Shown: positions 30,311 to 42,397, counted from the first letter of the stretch. The stretch is DNA of 64,000 nt from an uncultured Alphaproteobacteria bacterium (GCA_947085295.1 CAMTVX010000005.1:2149-66148); one strand, 5' to 3'. Numbers and translations are program-made. Notes: generated from the sequence alone by a model not told the origin.

Positions 30311-31117
30311 TTAACTATTCTGTTCCTGAAGCACAGACCAGATTTTCAATCCATCCCGCAAACTGCCCGCGTCATGGGTGCGAATATAATCCACTCCCTG
30401 CGCCGCTGCAAAAAGCTCCGCCGCCAATGTCGCTGCGCCCGCCTGCGCCACCCCTCGCCCGGTCAAGGCCCGCAAAAAAGATTTGCGCGACACCGACACC
30501 AGAACAGGCAATCCAAACAGTTCGCGCAGCGCCCTCAGCCCACGCAGCATGTTAAGCGATGCCTCTGGCTGATCACCCAGAAAAAACCCCATGCCGGGGT
30601 CCAAAATGAGGCGTTCCCGCCCAATGCCTGCCTGTTCCAGCGCATTGATACGCCGTTGAAAAAAATGCCCGACACGCTCCAGTATTGTGCCTGGATCGCT
30701 CTGTGTCCGCGTGGCAATTCCGCGCCCCTGAATGGCATGCATGACGATCAGACGGCACGTATTACTGGCCAGATCGGGATAGATTTCCGCATTCGGAAAG
30801 CCCTGAATATCATTGAGATAGGCCACCCCCGCCGCCATCGCATAACGCTGCGTCTCGGGTAAAAAACTGTCCACTGAAACCGCAATACCGCGCGCCGCCA
30901 GCGCATCCATTACCGGGGCAAGACGGCGGATTTCCTCGTCCGCCGTAACGGGTTTGGCATCCGGGTGACTGCTGGCTGGTCCCAGATCAATGATATCTGC
31001 GCCACCCTCAATCAAGGCAAGCGCCTGCGCGATGGCCCGCTCAGGGACCAGAAAACGGCCGCCGTCAGAAAACGAATCCTCGGTAATATTAACGATGCCG
31101 AGAATTTGCGGCGGCAC
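30311..31117 (-). CDS. folP: Dihydropteroate synthase
   Basis: 268 aa with the pterin-binding domain (ILGIVNITEDSFSDGG...GADIIDLG). Confidence 0.85.
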   Translation of the reverse strand: MPPQILGIVNITEDSFSDGGRFLVPERAIAQALALIEGGADIIDLGPASSHPDAKPVTADEEIRRLAPVMDALAARGIAVSVDSFLPETQRYAMAAGVAYLNDIQGFPNAEIYPDLASNTCRLIVMHAIQGRGIATRTQSDPGTILERVGHFFQRRINALEQAGIGRERLILDPGMGFFLGDQPEASLNMLRGLRALRELFGLPVLVSVSRKSFLRALTGRGVAQAGAATLAAELFAAAQGVDYIRTHDAGSLRDGLKIWSVLQEQNS

Positions 31118-31124
31118 GTTTGCC

Positions 31125-33053
31125 TTACGAGCCTTGTGGTTGCGGTGTCATCGGGCCGTCCGCAGCGCCGCTGGTACGCGGGCGCCCGCTGGATGGAACC
31201 GCCGTCACCGGGCCTAGAGGATGCGGCCGATCCTTGTCATCGCGGCGCAGTGTTTCACCGCGCAGGATTGCCTTGATCTCTTCGCCGGTCAGCGTTTCAT
31301 ATTCCAGCAGCGCGTTGGCAACCGCATGCAGACCCTCAATTTTTTCCTCTAAAATCTTTTTGGCCCGGTCATAGCATTTCTCAACAATTTGCCGGATTTC
31401 CTGATCGATGATCCGCGCTGTTTCCTCAGAAACATTTTTCTGACGCGTCACCGAATGGCCAAGAAATACTTCTTCCTCATTTTCACCATAGGCAAGCGGT
31501 CCCAGCTTATCACTGAGGCCATAGCGCGTGACCATGGCGCGCGCCATCTTGGTCGCCATATCAATGTCAGACGACGCGCCCGATGTTACCTTGTCATATC
31601 CAAAGACCAGTTCTTCAGCCAGTCGTCCGCCCATAAACACAGCAATATCGCCCAGCATTTTTTCACGCGAGATTGAAAGCTGATCGCGCTCCGGCAGACG
31701 CATCACCATACCCAGCGCACGGCCGCGCGGAATGATTGTCGCTTTATGTACCGGATCACTCGATGGGATGTTCAGCGAAACCAGCGCGTGACCGCCTTCG
31801 TGAAACGCCGTCAAGCGGCGTTCATCCTCGGACATCACCATGGAGCGGCGCTCGGCGCCCATCATCACTTTATCTTTGGCGGATTCAAACTCGACCATGC
31901 CAACCAGCCGCTTGCCAACCCTTGCCGCCAGCAGCGCCGCTTCATTGACCAGATTGGCCAGATCCGCGCCTGAAAAACCAGGTGTGCCGCGCGCCAAAAT
32001 TTTCGCTTCCACGTCCGGGGCCAGCGGCACCTTGCGCATATGAACCTTGAGAATTTTTTCGCGTCCCAGAATATCCGGGTTTGGCACCACCACCTGACGG
32101 TCAAAACGACCCGCGCGCAACAAAGCAGGGTCCAGCACATCCGGCCGGTTCGTCGCCGCGATCAGGATGACGCCTTCATTGGATTCAAAACCGTCCATCT
32201 CCACCAGCAACTGGTTCAACGTCTGCTCGCGTTCGTCATTGCCGCCACCGAGACCCGCGCCACGATGCCGCCCGACCGCGTCAATTTCGTCCATGAAGAT
32301 GATACAAGGCGCGTTCTTTTTGGCCTGCTCGAACATATCGCGCACCCGCGATGCGCCCACGCCAACAAACATTTCCACGAAATCCGATCCGGAAATGGTG
32401 AAGAACGGCACATTGGCCTCGCCCGCCACGGCACGCGCGATCAGTGTTTTACCCGTACCCGGAGGTCCAACCAGCAACACGCCCTTGGGGATATGCCCAC
32501 CCAGACGCTGATATTTCTGTGGGTCACGCAGAAAGTCGACAACCTCCTGCAATTCTTCCTTGGCTTCGTCTACGCCGGCGACATCCTCGAACGTCACCCG
32601 ATTGGTATCCTGGGTCAGCAGTTTAGCGCGTGACTTGCCAAAGCCCATGGCGCCGCCACGACCACCGCCCTGCATCTGACGCATAAAGAAAATATACACT
32701 GCCACCAGCAACAACATGGGGAACCAGGAAATCAGCAGACTGAAGAAGGAACCTTCTTCATTCGCTGCCGGCGTTGCCGTAATATTTACCCCGCGCGCGT
32801 CCAGACGCTGCACCATGTCCGGATCATATGGCGCATATGTCGTAAAGCTGCGTCCATCCCCGAAATGACCAAAAATCGACTCGCCGCTAATGGTGACGTC
32901 GCGCACTGTGCCCGCTTCGGTCTCTGACAGGAACTGGGAATAGGAAATATTATTCGTCGCCTGCCGTTCTGTCGGCCCCTGAAACAGATAAAACAGGAAC
33001 ACCAGCAAGATTGCGATGACCAGCCATGGAACAATATTACGATACGGTTTCAA
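31125..33053 (-). CDS. ftsH: ATP-dependent zinc metalloprotease FtsH
   Basis: 642 aa with the Walker A motif GPPGTGKT, the SRH region, and the HEGGH zinc-binding motif. Confidence 0.9.
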   Translation of the reverse strand: MKPYRNIVPWLVIAILLVFLFYLFQGPTERQATNNISYSQFLSETEAGTVRDVTISGESIFGHFGDGRSFTTYAPYDPDMVQRLDARGVNITATPAANEEGSFFSLLISWFPMLLLVAVYIFFMRQMQGGGRGGAMGFGKSRAKLLTQDTNRVTFEDVAGVDEAKEELQEVVDFLRDPQKYQRLGGHIPKGVLLVGPPGTGKTLIARAVAGEANVPFFTISGSDFVEMFVGVGASRVRDMFEQAKKNAPCIIFMDEIDAVGRHRGAGLGGGNDEREQTLNQLLVEMDGFESNEGVILIAATNRPDVLDPALLRAGRFDRQVVVPNPDILGREKILKVHMRKVPLAPDVEAKILARGTPGFSGADLANLVNEAALLAARVGKRLVGMVEFESAKDKVMMGAERRSMVMSEDERRLTAFHEGGHALVSLNIPSSDPVHKATIIPRGRALGMVMRLPERDQLSISREKMLGDIAVFMGGRLAEELVFGYDKVTSGASSDIDMATKMARAMVTRYGLSDKLGPLAYGENEEEVFLGHSVTRQKNVSEETARIIDQEIRQIVEKCYDRAKKILEEKIEGLHAVANALLEYETLTGEEIKAILRGETLRRDDKDRPHPLGPVTAVPSSGRPRTSGAADGPMTPQPQGS

Positions 33054-33233
33054 TGCGTTAACTTCCTTATTTGAGGCCGCCCTAAAAGCGCCAGAACCCC
33101 TGCCCGTACAGTCTAGACCAAAACAGTGTCCGGGACGATTAGAATATCAGGCAGGTAGGTTAAGACATAATGTGTATCGTGCGCTGGGCAAGCATGAAAT
33201 TGAAATTAAATCATACCAATGCACATTTCATTT

Positions 33234-34565
33234 TCAGATCATGTTATCCGGCAACTGCATATTTACCGGCGCGAATCGCGCATGGAAGGCCGTTTCCTGT
33301 GTCTTGTATGCCGGATCGACAAATTCCAGATAGGGGGCCGCCAGCAAATGCTGGCCAAGCCATAATCCCGGCGTGGCCTGACAGATAATTTTAGGTGGCA
33401 GTTTTTTGGGCAACGCGCCCCGTAACTGCTTCAGGCCCGCACTGCCCACCTCGCGCACCGTGCAGGACGAAAAATCACGCATGTTCCCGATCCCGGAAAG
33501 CCGAACCTGGAACCGGTTATCCCACACAATATCATCACCAGGCGACAGGGCGATTTCAGGCCCGATTGCCGCCAGCTCCCGCGCAACCAGAATTTTATCA
33601 CCTTTCAACAGGATCCGGCACCCTGACAGGGTGCGTCCGCCGGTCTTCGGGCGCTGCCGCAACCAGTCATAAAGCCTTTCCAGTCGCACCAGACGCGGCG
33701 GATATTCCTGCCCGCCCACGGCCATCAGCACGCGCGCCAGCAACCGCAAACCAATCTCTTCCGGCGCCTCGAAAATTGCGTCAGGACGCAACCCCGCAAA
33801 CCCCGCCCGCTCCCATCGCACCGTGTCGCGCATAAGCTGCGCCGTCGCATGTTCCAGCGCGCTGCGTACCCGCTGCATGCGATGCGCCGTTGCCACAATC
33901 CGTGCCGCGCCAACGCCCGCTTCGGACAGATTTTCAAGCACATTGCGCGCCCGCACACGTCCAAAACGCTGGTCATTATTGCTGGAGTCTTCAATCCAGG
34001 ACTGCCCGCACGACAGCAGGGTCGCCCGCAGGCGCTGCCTGGTAAAGCCCAGTAGCGGCCGCAACAGGCGCACCCCGCCCCATTGCCGTTCGGCGGCCAT
34101 CGCCGCCAGTCCGTCTACGCCACTGCCACGGCCCAGCCGCATCAGGAATGTTTCGGCCTGATCGTCAAACTGATGCCCCAGCAGCAGACAGGGAATACCC
34201 ATCTTCCGGCATGTTTGCGTCAGCAAGGCATAGCGCGCCTGACGCGCCGCCGCCTGAATATCGCTATGCGGCTTGTCACCCTGCCAGTGCAAAATCTGAT
34301 GTGAAACACCCATCGCCCGACACCAGTCGGCAACCTGCTGCGCTTCCACCAGCGAGGCATCGCGCAAACCATGATCAACCGTCAGCGCCAATAGCTGCCC
34401 CTGATTGCCGCATGCGTTCAGCCAGCGGTGTGTCAGATGCAACAGCGCCATACTGTCAGCGCCGCCCGAAACCGCCACAGCAACAGGTGTTTGGGGAGAA
34501 AGCGCCCACAGCGCGCCGGCAAATTCCAGATCACTCACAGGCGCTGCATTAAAGATGTCAGCCAT
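33234..34565 (-). CDS. tilS: tRNA(Ile)-lysidine synthetase
   Basis: The PP-loop motif VAVSGGADSMAL identifies it (443 aa). Confidence 0.8.
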   Translation of the reverse strand: MADIFNAAPVSDLEFAGALWALSPQTPVAVAVSGGADSMALLHLTHRWLNACGNQGQLLALTVDHGLRDASLVEAQQVADWCRAMGVSHQILHWQGDKPHSDIQAAARQARYALLTQTCRKMGIPCLLLGHQFDDQAETFLMRLGRGSGVDGLAAMAAERQWGGVRLLRPLLGFTRQRLRATLLSCGQSWIEDSSNNDQRFGRVRARNVLENLSEAGVGAARIVATAHRMQRVRSALEHATAQLMRDTVRWERAGFAGLRPDAIFEAPEEIGLRLLARVLMAVGGQEYPPRLVRLERLYDWLRQRPKTGGRTLSGCRILLKGDKILVARELAAIGPEIALSPGDDIVWDNRFQVRLSGIGNMRDFSSCTVREVGSAGLKQLRGALPKKLPPKIICQATPGLWLGQHLLAAPYLEFVDPAYKTQETAFHARFAPVNMQLPDNMI

Positions 34566-34598
34566 CCCGGAAAGCCTTTAATGGCGTGGAAGATAAAC

Positions 34599-35630
34599 TT
34601 ACGAACAGTTCAGACGTTTGATTTCTTCACTCGCATTTTGCGTAATCTTTTCAGGTGCTTTTGGATATTTCTTCTTAACCTGATTTAATGCCTGGCACGC
34701 CTCTGTCTTGTGCTCCAGCGCCGCAAGAGTCATGCCCAGCTTCAACAGATTATCCGGCCCTTTGCGGCTTTGCGGATATTTCTGAAACCCGTCCAGAAAA
34801 TGTGTGGCGGCTTTCGCATAATCCTTGCGCACATAATAGGTCTCGCCAAGCCAGTAAACCGCATTTCCCGCCAGTTCATGGTCAGGATTATTTTTTATAA
34901 ATTGCTCCATCCCTGTGGCGGCGGCCGCGTAATCGCCCGAACGCAGCAACCCGAACGCCGCTGCATATTGCTCATCGGGTGAACCTTTGGGCGATGCGGC
35001 GGCAAGACCCGGCGGTGGTGGCGGAGTACGCGATCCCTGCAACGTAGAAGACAATGCGGCAGGCGGTGGCGGCGGAAGCTCACTTAGACCTGCATCAATA
35101 TCCTGTACACTCCCAGACATCGGAGCGCCCGGCTGTAAACTGCTCTGTGGCCTTGGTGGTGCAGCCCCTCCCAATGGGGCAGGCGCGCCGCCGCCTCCAC
35201 CACCGCCGCGCTCCAGTGCTGTCAGACGGAAATCTATATCCTGGATCAGTTTCTCAAGCCGTGAATTTACCTGATTGACCTGAAAAGTAAGCTGTTCGAT
35301 CTGCCCGACCATGCCGCGCAGTTCTGTGTCCATTTGATCAACCTGGACCTTTACCTGCGCCGCTGCCGTCTCGCCACCCATCGGGGTAATGCGGCCATTG
35401 GCGGCGCCCGTCGTAGCGCCACGTCCGCCCGCCGCGATCTGGCGTTGTAAATCCGCAACATCCTGCCGCAGCCGATTTACCTCGTTCTGCATGGATCGCA
35501 TGTCTTGCGCAGCGAGCGGGCCAGTCAAAAGCACAAGCAGACAAAAAACAAAACCTGCTGGCAACAACACCCGATTGCGGGATCGCCCCACATTTGAGTT
35601 GGAACCCGAAAAGATAAATTTGGAAATCAT
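34599..35630 (-). CDS. cpoB: Tol-Pal system protein CpoB/YbgF (coiled-coil + TPR)
   Basis: Signal/TM region, then a coiled coil (EVNRLRQDVADLQRQ), a Pro-rich linker and a C-terminal TPR domain. I chose the start at ATG 35630 (MISKF) over the track's 35759. Confidence 0.7.
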   Translation of the reverse strand: MISKFIFSGSNSNVGRSRNRVLLPAGFVFCLLVLLTGPLAAQDMRSMQNEVNRLRQDVADLQRQIAAGGRGATTGAANGRITPMGGETAAAQVKVQVDQMDTELRGMVGQIEQLTFQVNQVNSRLEKLIQDIDFRLTALERGGGGGGGAPAPLGGAAPPRPQSSLQPGAPMSGSVQDIDAGLSELPPPPPAALSSTLQGSRTPPPPPGLAAASPKGSPDEQYAAAFGLLRSGDYAAAATGMEQFIKNNPDHELAGNAVYWLGETYYVRKDYAKAATHFLDGFQKYPQSRKGPDNLLKLGMTLAALEHKTEACQALNQVKKKYPKAPEKITQNASEEIKRLNCS

Positions 35631-35852
35631 ATCAGTACATACCCCGTAAATGGGGCTGCAATATGGCTGTACCCCACCAAAAAATCGCCTGCACTTAACA
35701 TCTTGCCTGTCCTGGGTAAGACCCTTTGGCAAAGACTGGCCGACAAAAAGCCGAAACAACGAATTTCGTCAAAAACGGCAGATAGGGTGAAAGCCATTCA
35801 GAATGTGCGCCCCAAAAAGGGGCGCACATTCTGGGCAATCCAGTAGACTGTA

Positions 35853-36356
35853 TTAGTTGACAGTCGTGGTGCCATTCCGGTTCTGCGACCAGCTGGCTTC
35901 ATCAGAACCCAAAGCAATCGGGCGCTCTTTGCCATAGCTGATCGTGGTCAAGCGGGCTGAATCAATGCCCTGGCTCACGAGATAATCCTTGGCTGAATTG
36001 GCGCGACGTTCGCCAAGGGCCAGGTTGTACTCGCGTGTGCCGCGTTCATCGCAATTACCGGCGACAGTAACAGTGACAGCCGGATTTTTCGTCAGCCAGG
36101 CAGCCTGCGCCTGTAATGTCGCACGCCCTTCTTCGGTCAGATCATGACGATCAAACCCAAAGAACACGCGGTTGGAAGTTGTTGCTTCCAGATCCGCCTG
36201 CGAACCAGAAACGATAGCACCGCTGCCGGCACCGCCGGCACCACCGCCTGCGCCTGCGCCTGCGCCGCCACCTTCAGGTGTAGACGAACAGGCGGCAAGC
36301 AAAAAGACCGCAGCTGCCATGCTAGCCAGCTTTAGTCCCATAGAAACTTTGCGCAT
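35853..36356 (-). CDS. pal: Peptidoglycan-associated lipoprotein Pal (OmpA-like)
   Basis: Lipobox LLAAC followed by the OmpA C-terminal domain (NLALGERRANSAKDYL). The start at ATG 36356 (GGGGAG SD) is preferred over the track's 36422. Confidence 0.85.
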   Translation of the reverse strand: MRKVSMGLKLASMAAAVFLLAACSSTPEGGGAGAGAGGGAGGAGSGAIVSGSQADLEATTSNRVFFGFDRHDLTEEGRATLQAQAAWLTKNPAVTVTVAGNCDERGTREYNLALGERRANSAKDYLVSQGIDSARLTTISYGKERPIALGSDEASWSQNRNGTTTVN

Positions 36357-36530
36357 CAAAAGATACTCCCCGTGATAGTTCTCGAGTAAAAATGCTCGAC
36401 AAAAGTGAAGAAATCGCACCACCCTTCAGTACAACAAACGATTAAAAAATTATTCGCCGTGCACTGACTTGTATTACGACTTCAGATGAGTGACGACTCG
36501 GTCGATCAACCCTCCGAATCTGGCGCAACT

Positions 36531-37901
36531 CTAACCACCTTCTGGCAAAGGAATCAAGGGAGACCATGCCGGATCAGAAGCGTCGCCTAAGGTTGGAACC
36601 TCCCTTTCATTGTAGCCTGTAAGGTCAATAGAGTGTAGCCGGCTTCCGCCACCCAACCCTCTCGAGTCAGATGGACGCTCCCGGAAGAACATCAGCACGC
36701 GACCATTTGGTGACCAGGTTGGCCCCTCGTCGAGGAAGCTCTCGGTCAATAGTCTCTCACCGCTGCCATCAGGGCGCATGACACCTATATAGAAGCGTCC
36801 CTTATAAATTTTAGTAAACGCGATCAGGTCTCCGCGCGGTGACCAGACAGGTGTTGCATATCTGCCATCCCCGAAACTGATGCGTTTTACGTCTGCTCCA
36901 CTGGCCCGCATGACATAGATTTGCTGCGTCCCGCCACGGTCAGAATTGAACGTAACATATTGAGAATCCGGGGAAAATGACGGTGACGTGTCAATCGACG
37001 GGCTATCTGTCAGGCGCGCTACCGCCCGGCTGCGCAGGTTCATGACATAGATATCCGAGTTGCCATTTTTGGCCATGCTCATCACCACCGAATCACCTGA
37101 TGGCGAAAAACGCGGGGCGAAGGTCATACCGGGAAAGTCACCCAACACCTCCTGCTGACCCGTATTGATGTCGTAAATATAGACCCTTGGCTTGTCGTTG
37201 AAGTAGGAAAGGTAAGTAATCTGGTGGGTCGCCGGACTAAAGCGCGGGGTCAGAACCAGGTGCCGACCGCTGGTCAGAAAACGCTGGTTGGCACCATCCT
37301 GATCCATGATACCCAGCCGTTTTACACGTGCGGCTTTTGTGCCACTCTCTGAAACAAAAACGATGCGCGTGTCGAAATATCCCGTTTCGCCGGTCAGCCG
37401 TTCGTAAATTTTGTCTGAAATCAGATGCGCGACCCGACGCCAGTTATCGGACCGGGTAAAGAACACCCGCCCCTCCATCTGCTGCTCACCGAACACATCC
37501 CACAGACGAAATTCAACCCGCAGCCTGCCATCTGGCTCTGTGGTGACGACCCCCGTCACCAATGCCTGCGCATTGATCAGACGCCAGTCGCCGAATCGCG
37601 GCATTGCCCCGATGGCATCGGTCTTCTGGATAAAGCTTTTTGGGTCGAGCGGTCGAAACAGCCCGGATCGGGAAAGGTTCCCGCTAATGACCCCCACCAT
37701 CTCGGAACCAACCGTGGCTTCCTTGGGGGTAGCCCCAAGAAAGTCCGGTATGGCGATCGGCATCGGATCGACATTCCCCTGGGTTATGTCGATGCGTAAT
37801 TGCGCGTGCGCCCCCTGCAGGCCTATTGCCGACAACAGCGCCAGCGCGCCAATAACAAACCGGATTACAGATCGCTTAATATTCATGGTCATTTCGGTCA
37901 T
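36531..37901 (-). CDS. tolB: Tol-Pal system beta-propeller protein TolB
   Basis: 456 aa with a signal peptide, the TolB N-terminal domain and WD40-like propeller repeats. Confidence 0.9.
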   Translation of the reverse strand: MTEMTMNIKRSVIRFVIGALALLSAIGLQGAHAQLRIDITQGNVDPMPIAIPDFLGATPKEATVGSEMVGVISGNLSRSGLFRPLDPKSFIQKTDAIGAMPRFGDWRLINAQALVTGVVTTEPDGRLRVEFRLWDVFGEQQMEGRVFFTRSDNWRRVAHLISDKIYERLTGETGYFDTRIVFVSESGTKAARVKRLGIMDQDGANQRFLTSGRHLVLTPRFSPATHQITYLSYFNDKPRVYIYDINTGQQEVLGDFPGMTFAPRFSPSGDSVVMSMAKNGNSDIYVMNLRSRAVARLTDSPSIDTSPSFSPDSQYVTFNSDRGGTQQIYVMRASGADVKRISFGDGRYATPVWSPRGDLIAFTKIYKGRFYIGVMRPDGSGERLLTESFLDEGPTWSPNGRVLMFFRERPSDSRGLGGGSRLHSIDLTGYNEREVPTLGDASDPAWSPLIPLPEGG

Positions 37902-38797
37902 CCGCCTAGCATGCTTCGTGGGTCGAAATTGAGTTCGATATCCTGCCAGCGATCATATTTGTCCACCGGCAAATTCTTGAAGGGTTCGCATTTCAAAATC
38001 GCGCGCACGGCAGATTCCGCAGCCGTACGATAGGCTTCCTGCCCCGCTACACCCATGCGCGATGAATCCACCACTTGTGGCGGCTGCGCCAGCCCGCCAT
38101 CGGGGCGCAGGAATATGCGCACGCGCACGATCAGGTTCTCCGCATACTGGGCCCCGGCCGGCACGATCCAGCACTGCTCGATCTGGGCGCGAATAGAATC
38201 GATCTCGCTCAGTGTCATTTGCGCGGACGTCGTTGGCCGGGTTGCCTGTGTTGGCGGCAGGTCCTGGGTGGCATCCTCCGGCTTTTCGTCGGTCTCTTCG
38301 GTTTTCTGCGCCGGATCGTCCAGTTCCTTGTCCAGCAAGGCTGCAATCTTGTTGAGATCCAGCTTTTCTTCCGGCTTCTCCTCGGGCGGACGCTTTGGCT
38401 TTACCTTCGGGCGCGGTCCATCCAGTTTGACCACACGCTCGGGCGCGGCTTCGGGCTTGGGCTCGGGTTTTTCCTCGACCTTGTCTTTGGGCAACGGCAC
38501 CGCATCTTCGGGTAACGGCTCCGGCTCCGGGGCGGGCGGTGGTGGCGGTGGCGGCGCAGGTGTTGGCTTCGGCGGTTCGGGCTTGGGCTCCGGTTTCGGC
38601 TTGTCCTCTTGCACCGGTTTTTTCGGTTCCGGCCGCATGGGAATATTGGTCATCTCGGCAACGGTCGCCAGTTCCACCGGAATAGACTCCACCGGCGGTT
38701 CCCACTCGTTGCTGAACATCGGCAAGCCAAAGATCGCTATCAAAATAACGATAAGATGTAATCCCGCCGAAAGAAGCGATCCCTTGCCCATCGCCAA
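37898..38797 (-). CDS. tolA: Tol-Pal system protein TolA (TM anchor, Pro/Glu/Lys-rich linker, C-terminal domain)
   Basis: An N-terminal TM helix and a long [20 protein letters not shown]-type linker, plus its position between tolR and tolB, identify it. Confidence 0.7.
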   Translation of the reverse strand: MAMGKGSLLSAGLHLIVILIAIFGLPMFSNEWEPPVESIPVELATVAEMTNIPMRPEPKKPVQEDKPKPEPKPEPPKPTPAPPPPPPPAPEPEPLPEDAVPLPKDKVEEKPEPKPEAAPERVVKLDGPRPKVKPKRPPEEKPEEKLDLNKIAALLDKELDDPAQKTEETDEKPEDATQDLPPTQATRPTTSAQMTLSEIDSIRAQIEQCWIVPAGAQYAENLIVRVRIFLRPDGGLAQPPQVVDSSRMGVAGQEAYRTAAESAVRAILKCEPFKNLPVDKYDRWQDIELNFDPRSMLGG

Positions 38798-39253
38798 TCA
38801 TTTCTTATCCGGTTTAGCTGCACCTGGCGTCTCGGTAATCAGGGCGACCTTGGTAAAACCCGCTGATGTAATCAAGCCCATCACCTCCATCACCCGGCCA
38901 TAATCAAGACTGTGATCACCGCGCACATAAATGCGGGTATCGGGTTTGTTTTCCGTAATTGCCTGTAGACGCGCGGCAAGCTCTTCAACCGCGACAGCCG
39001 TATCCTGGATAAAGACCTGACCATCCGCCTTAATGGTAATCGCCAGCGGTTCGATCTTTTCATTGAGCGGGGCCGCTTTGCTCTGCGGCAGATTTACCGG
39101 CACACCCGCCGTCAATAACGGGGCCGCCACCATGAAGATGATCAGCAGCACCAGCATCACATCGACCATCGGCGTGACGTTAATTTCGCTCATCGGCGAC
39201 TGGCGGCGCGAGCTTCCCCTGCGCTTCCGGGACGACTGGGTGCCCATGCCCAT
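38798..39253 (-). CDS. tolR: Biopolymer transport protein TolR (ExbD/TolR family)
   Basis: The ExbD/TolR-family motif SEINVTPMVDVMLVLLIIFMV identifies it. Confidence 0.8.
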   Translation of the reverse strand: MGMGTQSSRKRRGSSRRQSPMSEINVTPMVDVMLVLLIIFMVAAPLLTAGVPVNLPQSKAAPLNEKIEPLAITIKADGQVFIQDTAVAVEELAARLQAITENKPDTRIYVRGDHSLDYGRVMEVMGLITSAGFTKVALITETPGAAKPDKK

Positions 39254-39975
39254 TAATCCATTTCCTCTTCGATACGCCGTGATAGCACTGCGGAAAATTC
39301 CTCGGAAAAGCCTTCCAGCCTGTCGCCATAGCGCCCGACCTGATTGTTAAATCGGTTATAGGCAATCACCGCCGGAATGGCCGCGAACAGGCCCAGCGCC
39401 GTGGCAAACAGCGCCTCTGCAATGCCCGGCGCCACGACTGCCAGCGATGTGTTATGGCTTTGGGCAATGGCCTGAAAGCTGTTCATAATGCCCCAAACGG
39501 TGCCGAACAGACCGATAAAGGGGGCCGTGGAGCCAACCGTCGCCAGAAAATCCAGATAGCGTTCCAGACCCGCCATTTCGCGCGATAATGTGACCGACAT
39601 GATTTTATCAATACGTTCGCGCAGACCACCGCTTAACCCGACATCTCGTGTCGATCGCCCATTGGCGCGCATCCATTCGCGCATCGCAGCGACAAACAAC
39701 AGCGCCATCGGGTGGCTGGCGCGTGGCGCAACCCGTTCATATAATTCCTCCAGCGAATTGCCGGACCAGAACACTTCTTCGAACCGGTCCGCCAGCGCGA
39801 TCACCCGGCGAAAGCGCAGGAACTTGTCAAAGATAATGGCCCAGGACCAGAAAGACGCCAGTAACAGGGCAATCATAACCCCCTTGACCACAATGTCGGC
39901 CCGCATAAACAGGCCCCACATAGAAAAATCGACGACCGAAACACCGGCGGCCTGCGATATTATTTCTTGCTCCAT
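39253..39975 (-). CDS. tolQ: Tol-Pal proton channel protein TolQ (MotA/TolQ/ExbB family)
   Basis: 240 aa with three TM helices and an AAGGAAGGG SD. Confidence 0.85.
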   Translation of the reverse strand: MEQEIISQAAGVSVVDFSMWGLFMRADIVVKGVMIALLLASFWSWAIIFDKFLRFRRVIALADRFEEVFWSGNSLEELYERVAPRASHPMALLFVAAMREWMRANGRSTRDVGLSGGLRERIDKIMSVTLSREMAGLERYLDFLATVGSTAPFIGLFGTVWGIMNSFQAIAQSHNTSLAVVAPGIAEALFATALGLFAAIPAVIAYNRFNNQVGRYGDRLEGFSEEFSAVLSRRIEEEMD

Positions 39976-40007
39976 ATACCCTTCCTTTACCAGAGGGCAG
40001 GAAACAG

Positions 40008-40065
40008 GGGGCAGAAGACAGACACCTGAAGTTCATCTGCCCGCCGTCTTCTGCCCTCAGTTTTC
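40008..40065. repeat. Imperfect inverted repeat (GGGCAGAAGAC...GTCTTCTGCCC, 11-bp stem, roughly 26-nt loop) between ruvB and tolQ
   Basis: Seen directly in the sequence. The T-run follows only on the + strand, so it may be an attenuator or terminator between ruvB and the tol operon promoter. Confidence 0.4.
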
Positions 40066-40157
40066 TGCACTCTGTCTTCTGATATCCGTGCTTTGTCCCG
40101 CTGTAGTCCGAGAACGTGGCGCAAATGAGGCGATTCGTGAACCCTCATATAGTCTGA

Positions 40158-41231
40158 TTATTCACCCTGGTCATCTTCATCCGTGGCCAGCAGATCAAAT
40201 TGGGTCCCGGATCGCCTGGGACTAAGGCCAATATGACGGAATGCAGCTTCGCTCATTACGCGCCCTCGCGGGGTGCGCTGTAGCAATCCCTGCTGGATCA
40301 GATAGGGTTCCACAATGTCTTCCAGCGCATCTCGCGGCTCGCTCAAGGCCGCCGCCAGGGTTTCGATGCCGACTGGCCCGCCATCAAAACTGGCCGCGAT
40401 CAGATTCAGATAGCGTCTGTCCATCGCGTCCAGCCCGCGCTTATCCACCTCCAGACGGGTTAGCGCGGCATCCGCCTCAATAGCGCCAATCGCCGTATCG
40501 CCTGCAACGGCGGCAAAATCCCGAACCCTGCGCAGCAACCTGCCCGCCACGCGCGGCGTGCCACGGCTGCGCCGCGCAATTTCCTGGGCGCCTTCTGGTG
40601 TCAGCGTCATGCCAAGCAACCGTGCGCCACGCGATACGATTTCGACCAGCTCATCTATCTCGTAAAAATTCAGCCGGACCGGAATGCCGAACCGGTCGCG
40701 CAGCGGTGTCGTCAGCAGGCCGGACCGTGTGGTCGCGCCAATCAGCGTGAATGGCGGAAGATCAATACGCAGGCTGCGCGCCGATGGTCCCTCGCCGATA
40801 ATCAGATCCAGTTGAAAATCCTCCATCGCGGGATAGAGAATTTCCTCGACCGCCGGATTAAGCCGGTGAATTTCGTCTATAAACAGGATATCGCGCGCTT
40901 GCAGATTGGTCAAAAGCGCCGCCAGATCGCCAGCCTTTGCGATTACCGGACCAGAAGTGGTTTTGAAGTTTACCCCCAGTTCGCGCGCCAGAATTTGCGC
41001 CAGCGTGGTTTTACCAAGACCTGGCGGGCCAAACAGCAGGACATGATCCAGCGCCTCGCTGCGCCCCCGCGCGGCTTCGATAAACACCTGTAGATTTTCG
41101 CGCGCCTGTCGCTGACCAATAAATTCGCCCAATGTGCGTGGCCGCAGATTATTGCCTGCCGCGTCATCGCCATGGGCATTCGGTGCCACAAGTCTGTCTT
41201 CCTCGCCGTCCTGATGGGCGGTTTCATTCAT
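40158..41231 (-). CDS. ruvB: Holliday junction branch migration helicase RuvB
   Basis: AAA+ Walker A motif ([14 protein letters not shown]) with RuvB-specific domains. Confidence 0.9.
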   Translation of the reverse strand: MNETAHQDGEEDRLVAPNAHGDDAAGNNLRPRTLGEFIGQRQARENLQVFIEAARGRSEALDHVLLFGPPGLGKTTLAQILARELGVNFKTTSGPVIAKAGDLAALLTNLQARDILFIDEIHRLNPAVEEILYPAMEDFQLDLIIGEGPSARSLRIDLPPFTLIGATTRSGLLTTPLRDRFGIPVRLNFYEIDELVEIVSRGARLLGMTLTPEGAQEIARRSRGTPRVAGRLLRRVRDFAAVAGDTAIGAIEADAALTRLEVDKRGLDAMDRRYLNLIAASFDGGPVGIETLAAALSEPRDALEDIVEPYLIQQGLLQRTPRGRVMSEAAFRHIGLSPRRSGTQFDLLATDEDDQGE

Positions 41232-41860
41232 GCCGAAAGCTCCCGCAGGCCGCTACGAATCAACTCGGTCACCAAAGTCGCAGGTGAAACGGTCACACCA
41301 AGGCCATGCTGTGCGCGGCTCAGCGCGGCGGCGGCGTCTGCTTCCTTGTAGCCCAAATTCATCAAAGCGGACAGCGCATCTGAAAGCGCAAGCTGAAGTT
41401 CATCGCGAGGGGGCGAACTGGCCGACATTGGCGCCTGCCGCAGCATGCCCGCACCCAGCGCCGGGGCCTTGTCCTTCAGATCATTGGCGATACGCCCAGC
41501 CAGTTTCGGCCCAACGCCGGAGGTTCGGGCAAAGGCATTCTTGTCCTGAAGGGCCGCCGCGCGCGCCACCCCTTCAACGCCCAGCGATCCCAGAATTGCC
41601 AGCGCCAGCTTGGCCCCCACCCCCTGCACCGTGGTCAGCAGGCGAAACCATTCGCGTTCCACCTCCTGCTCAAAACCGAACAGCGTAATGGCGTCCTCGC
41701 GCACCTGTGTCTCTATATGCAGGCTCAGCGGACTGCCTATTGACGGAAGCCTTCCCAGAAAATTGCTTGCACAATAAACCAGATAGCCAACACCGTTAAC
41801 ATCCAGAATTAAGCTGTCGGCGCGGATCGCCGCCAGCTGGCCTTTCAACCACGCGATCAT
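41228..41860 (-). CDS. ruvA: Holliday junction DNA helicase RuvA
   Basis: The start MIAWLKGQL at 41860 makes the characteristic ATGA overlap with the ruvC stop; the track ORF's extra 38 codons are a spurious extension. Confidence 0.85.
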   Translation of the reverse strand: MIAWLKGQLAAIRADSLILDVNGVGYLVYCASNFLGRLPSIGSPLSLHIETQVREDAITLFGFEQEVEREWFRLLTTVQGVGAKLALAILGSLGVEGVARAAALQDKNAFARTSGVGPKLAGRIANDLKDKAPALGAGMLRQAPMSASSPPRDELQLALSDALSALMNLGYKEADAAAALSRAQHGLGVTVSPATLVTELIRSGLRELSA

Positions 41861-42372
41861 GGATGCGCCCCCGCCCTGCGCATGGCTATCATTATCCCCA
41901 GCGACGGGGCCGAATGCGCATGACAGATCGCCACACCCAGGGCATCCGCTGCATCTGCACCCGCAATGCTGCATCCGGGCATTAAACGCCCCACCATCGC
42001 GCGCATCTGGGTTTTATCTGCATGCCCCACACCTACCAGCGCCTTTTTGACCTGATTGGGCGCATATTCGGCAACAGGAATACCCCGCAGCGCGGGCGCC
42101 AGCAGCACAACTCCGCGCGCCTGTCCCAGTTTCAGGCTGGACCCCTGATCCTTGTTCACAAAAACACTTTCAACTGCCGCCTCTGTAGGGTTCCAGTCTT
42201 CCAGCACCTGCACCAGCCCCTCGAACAATTGCCGCAGCCGGGACGCCATTTCACCATCCGTGTCCGCCTTCACCACGCCATTGGCGACGTGACGCAACTG
42301 ATTGCCGACCACATCAACGATGCCCCACCCGGTCGCCCGCAAACCCGGATCAAGTCCGATCAATCGGCGCAT
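41857..42372 (-). CDS. ruvC: Crossover junction endodeoxyribonuclease RuvC
   Basis: The RNase H-like motif MRRLIGLDPGLRATGWGIV is present. I chose the start at ATG 42372 over the track's 42408. Confidence 0.85.
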   Translation of the reverse strand: MRRLIGLDPGLRATGWGIVDVVGNQLRHVANGVVKADTDGEMASRLRQLFEGLVQVLEDWNPTEAAVESVFVNKDQGSSLKLGQARGVVLLAPALRGIPVAEYAPNQVKKALVGVGHADKTQMRAMVGRLMPGCSIAGADAADALGVAICHAHSAPSLGIMIAMRRAGAHP

Positions 42373-42397
42373 ACCGTCATGCTCTCCCCAGGTTTGT

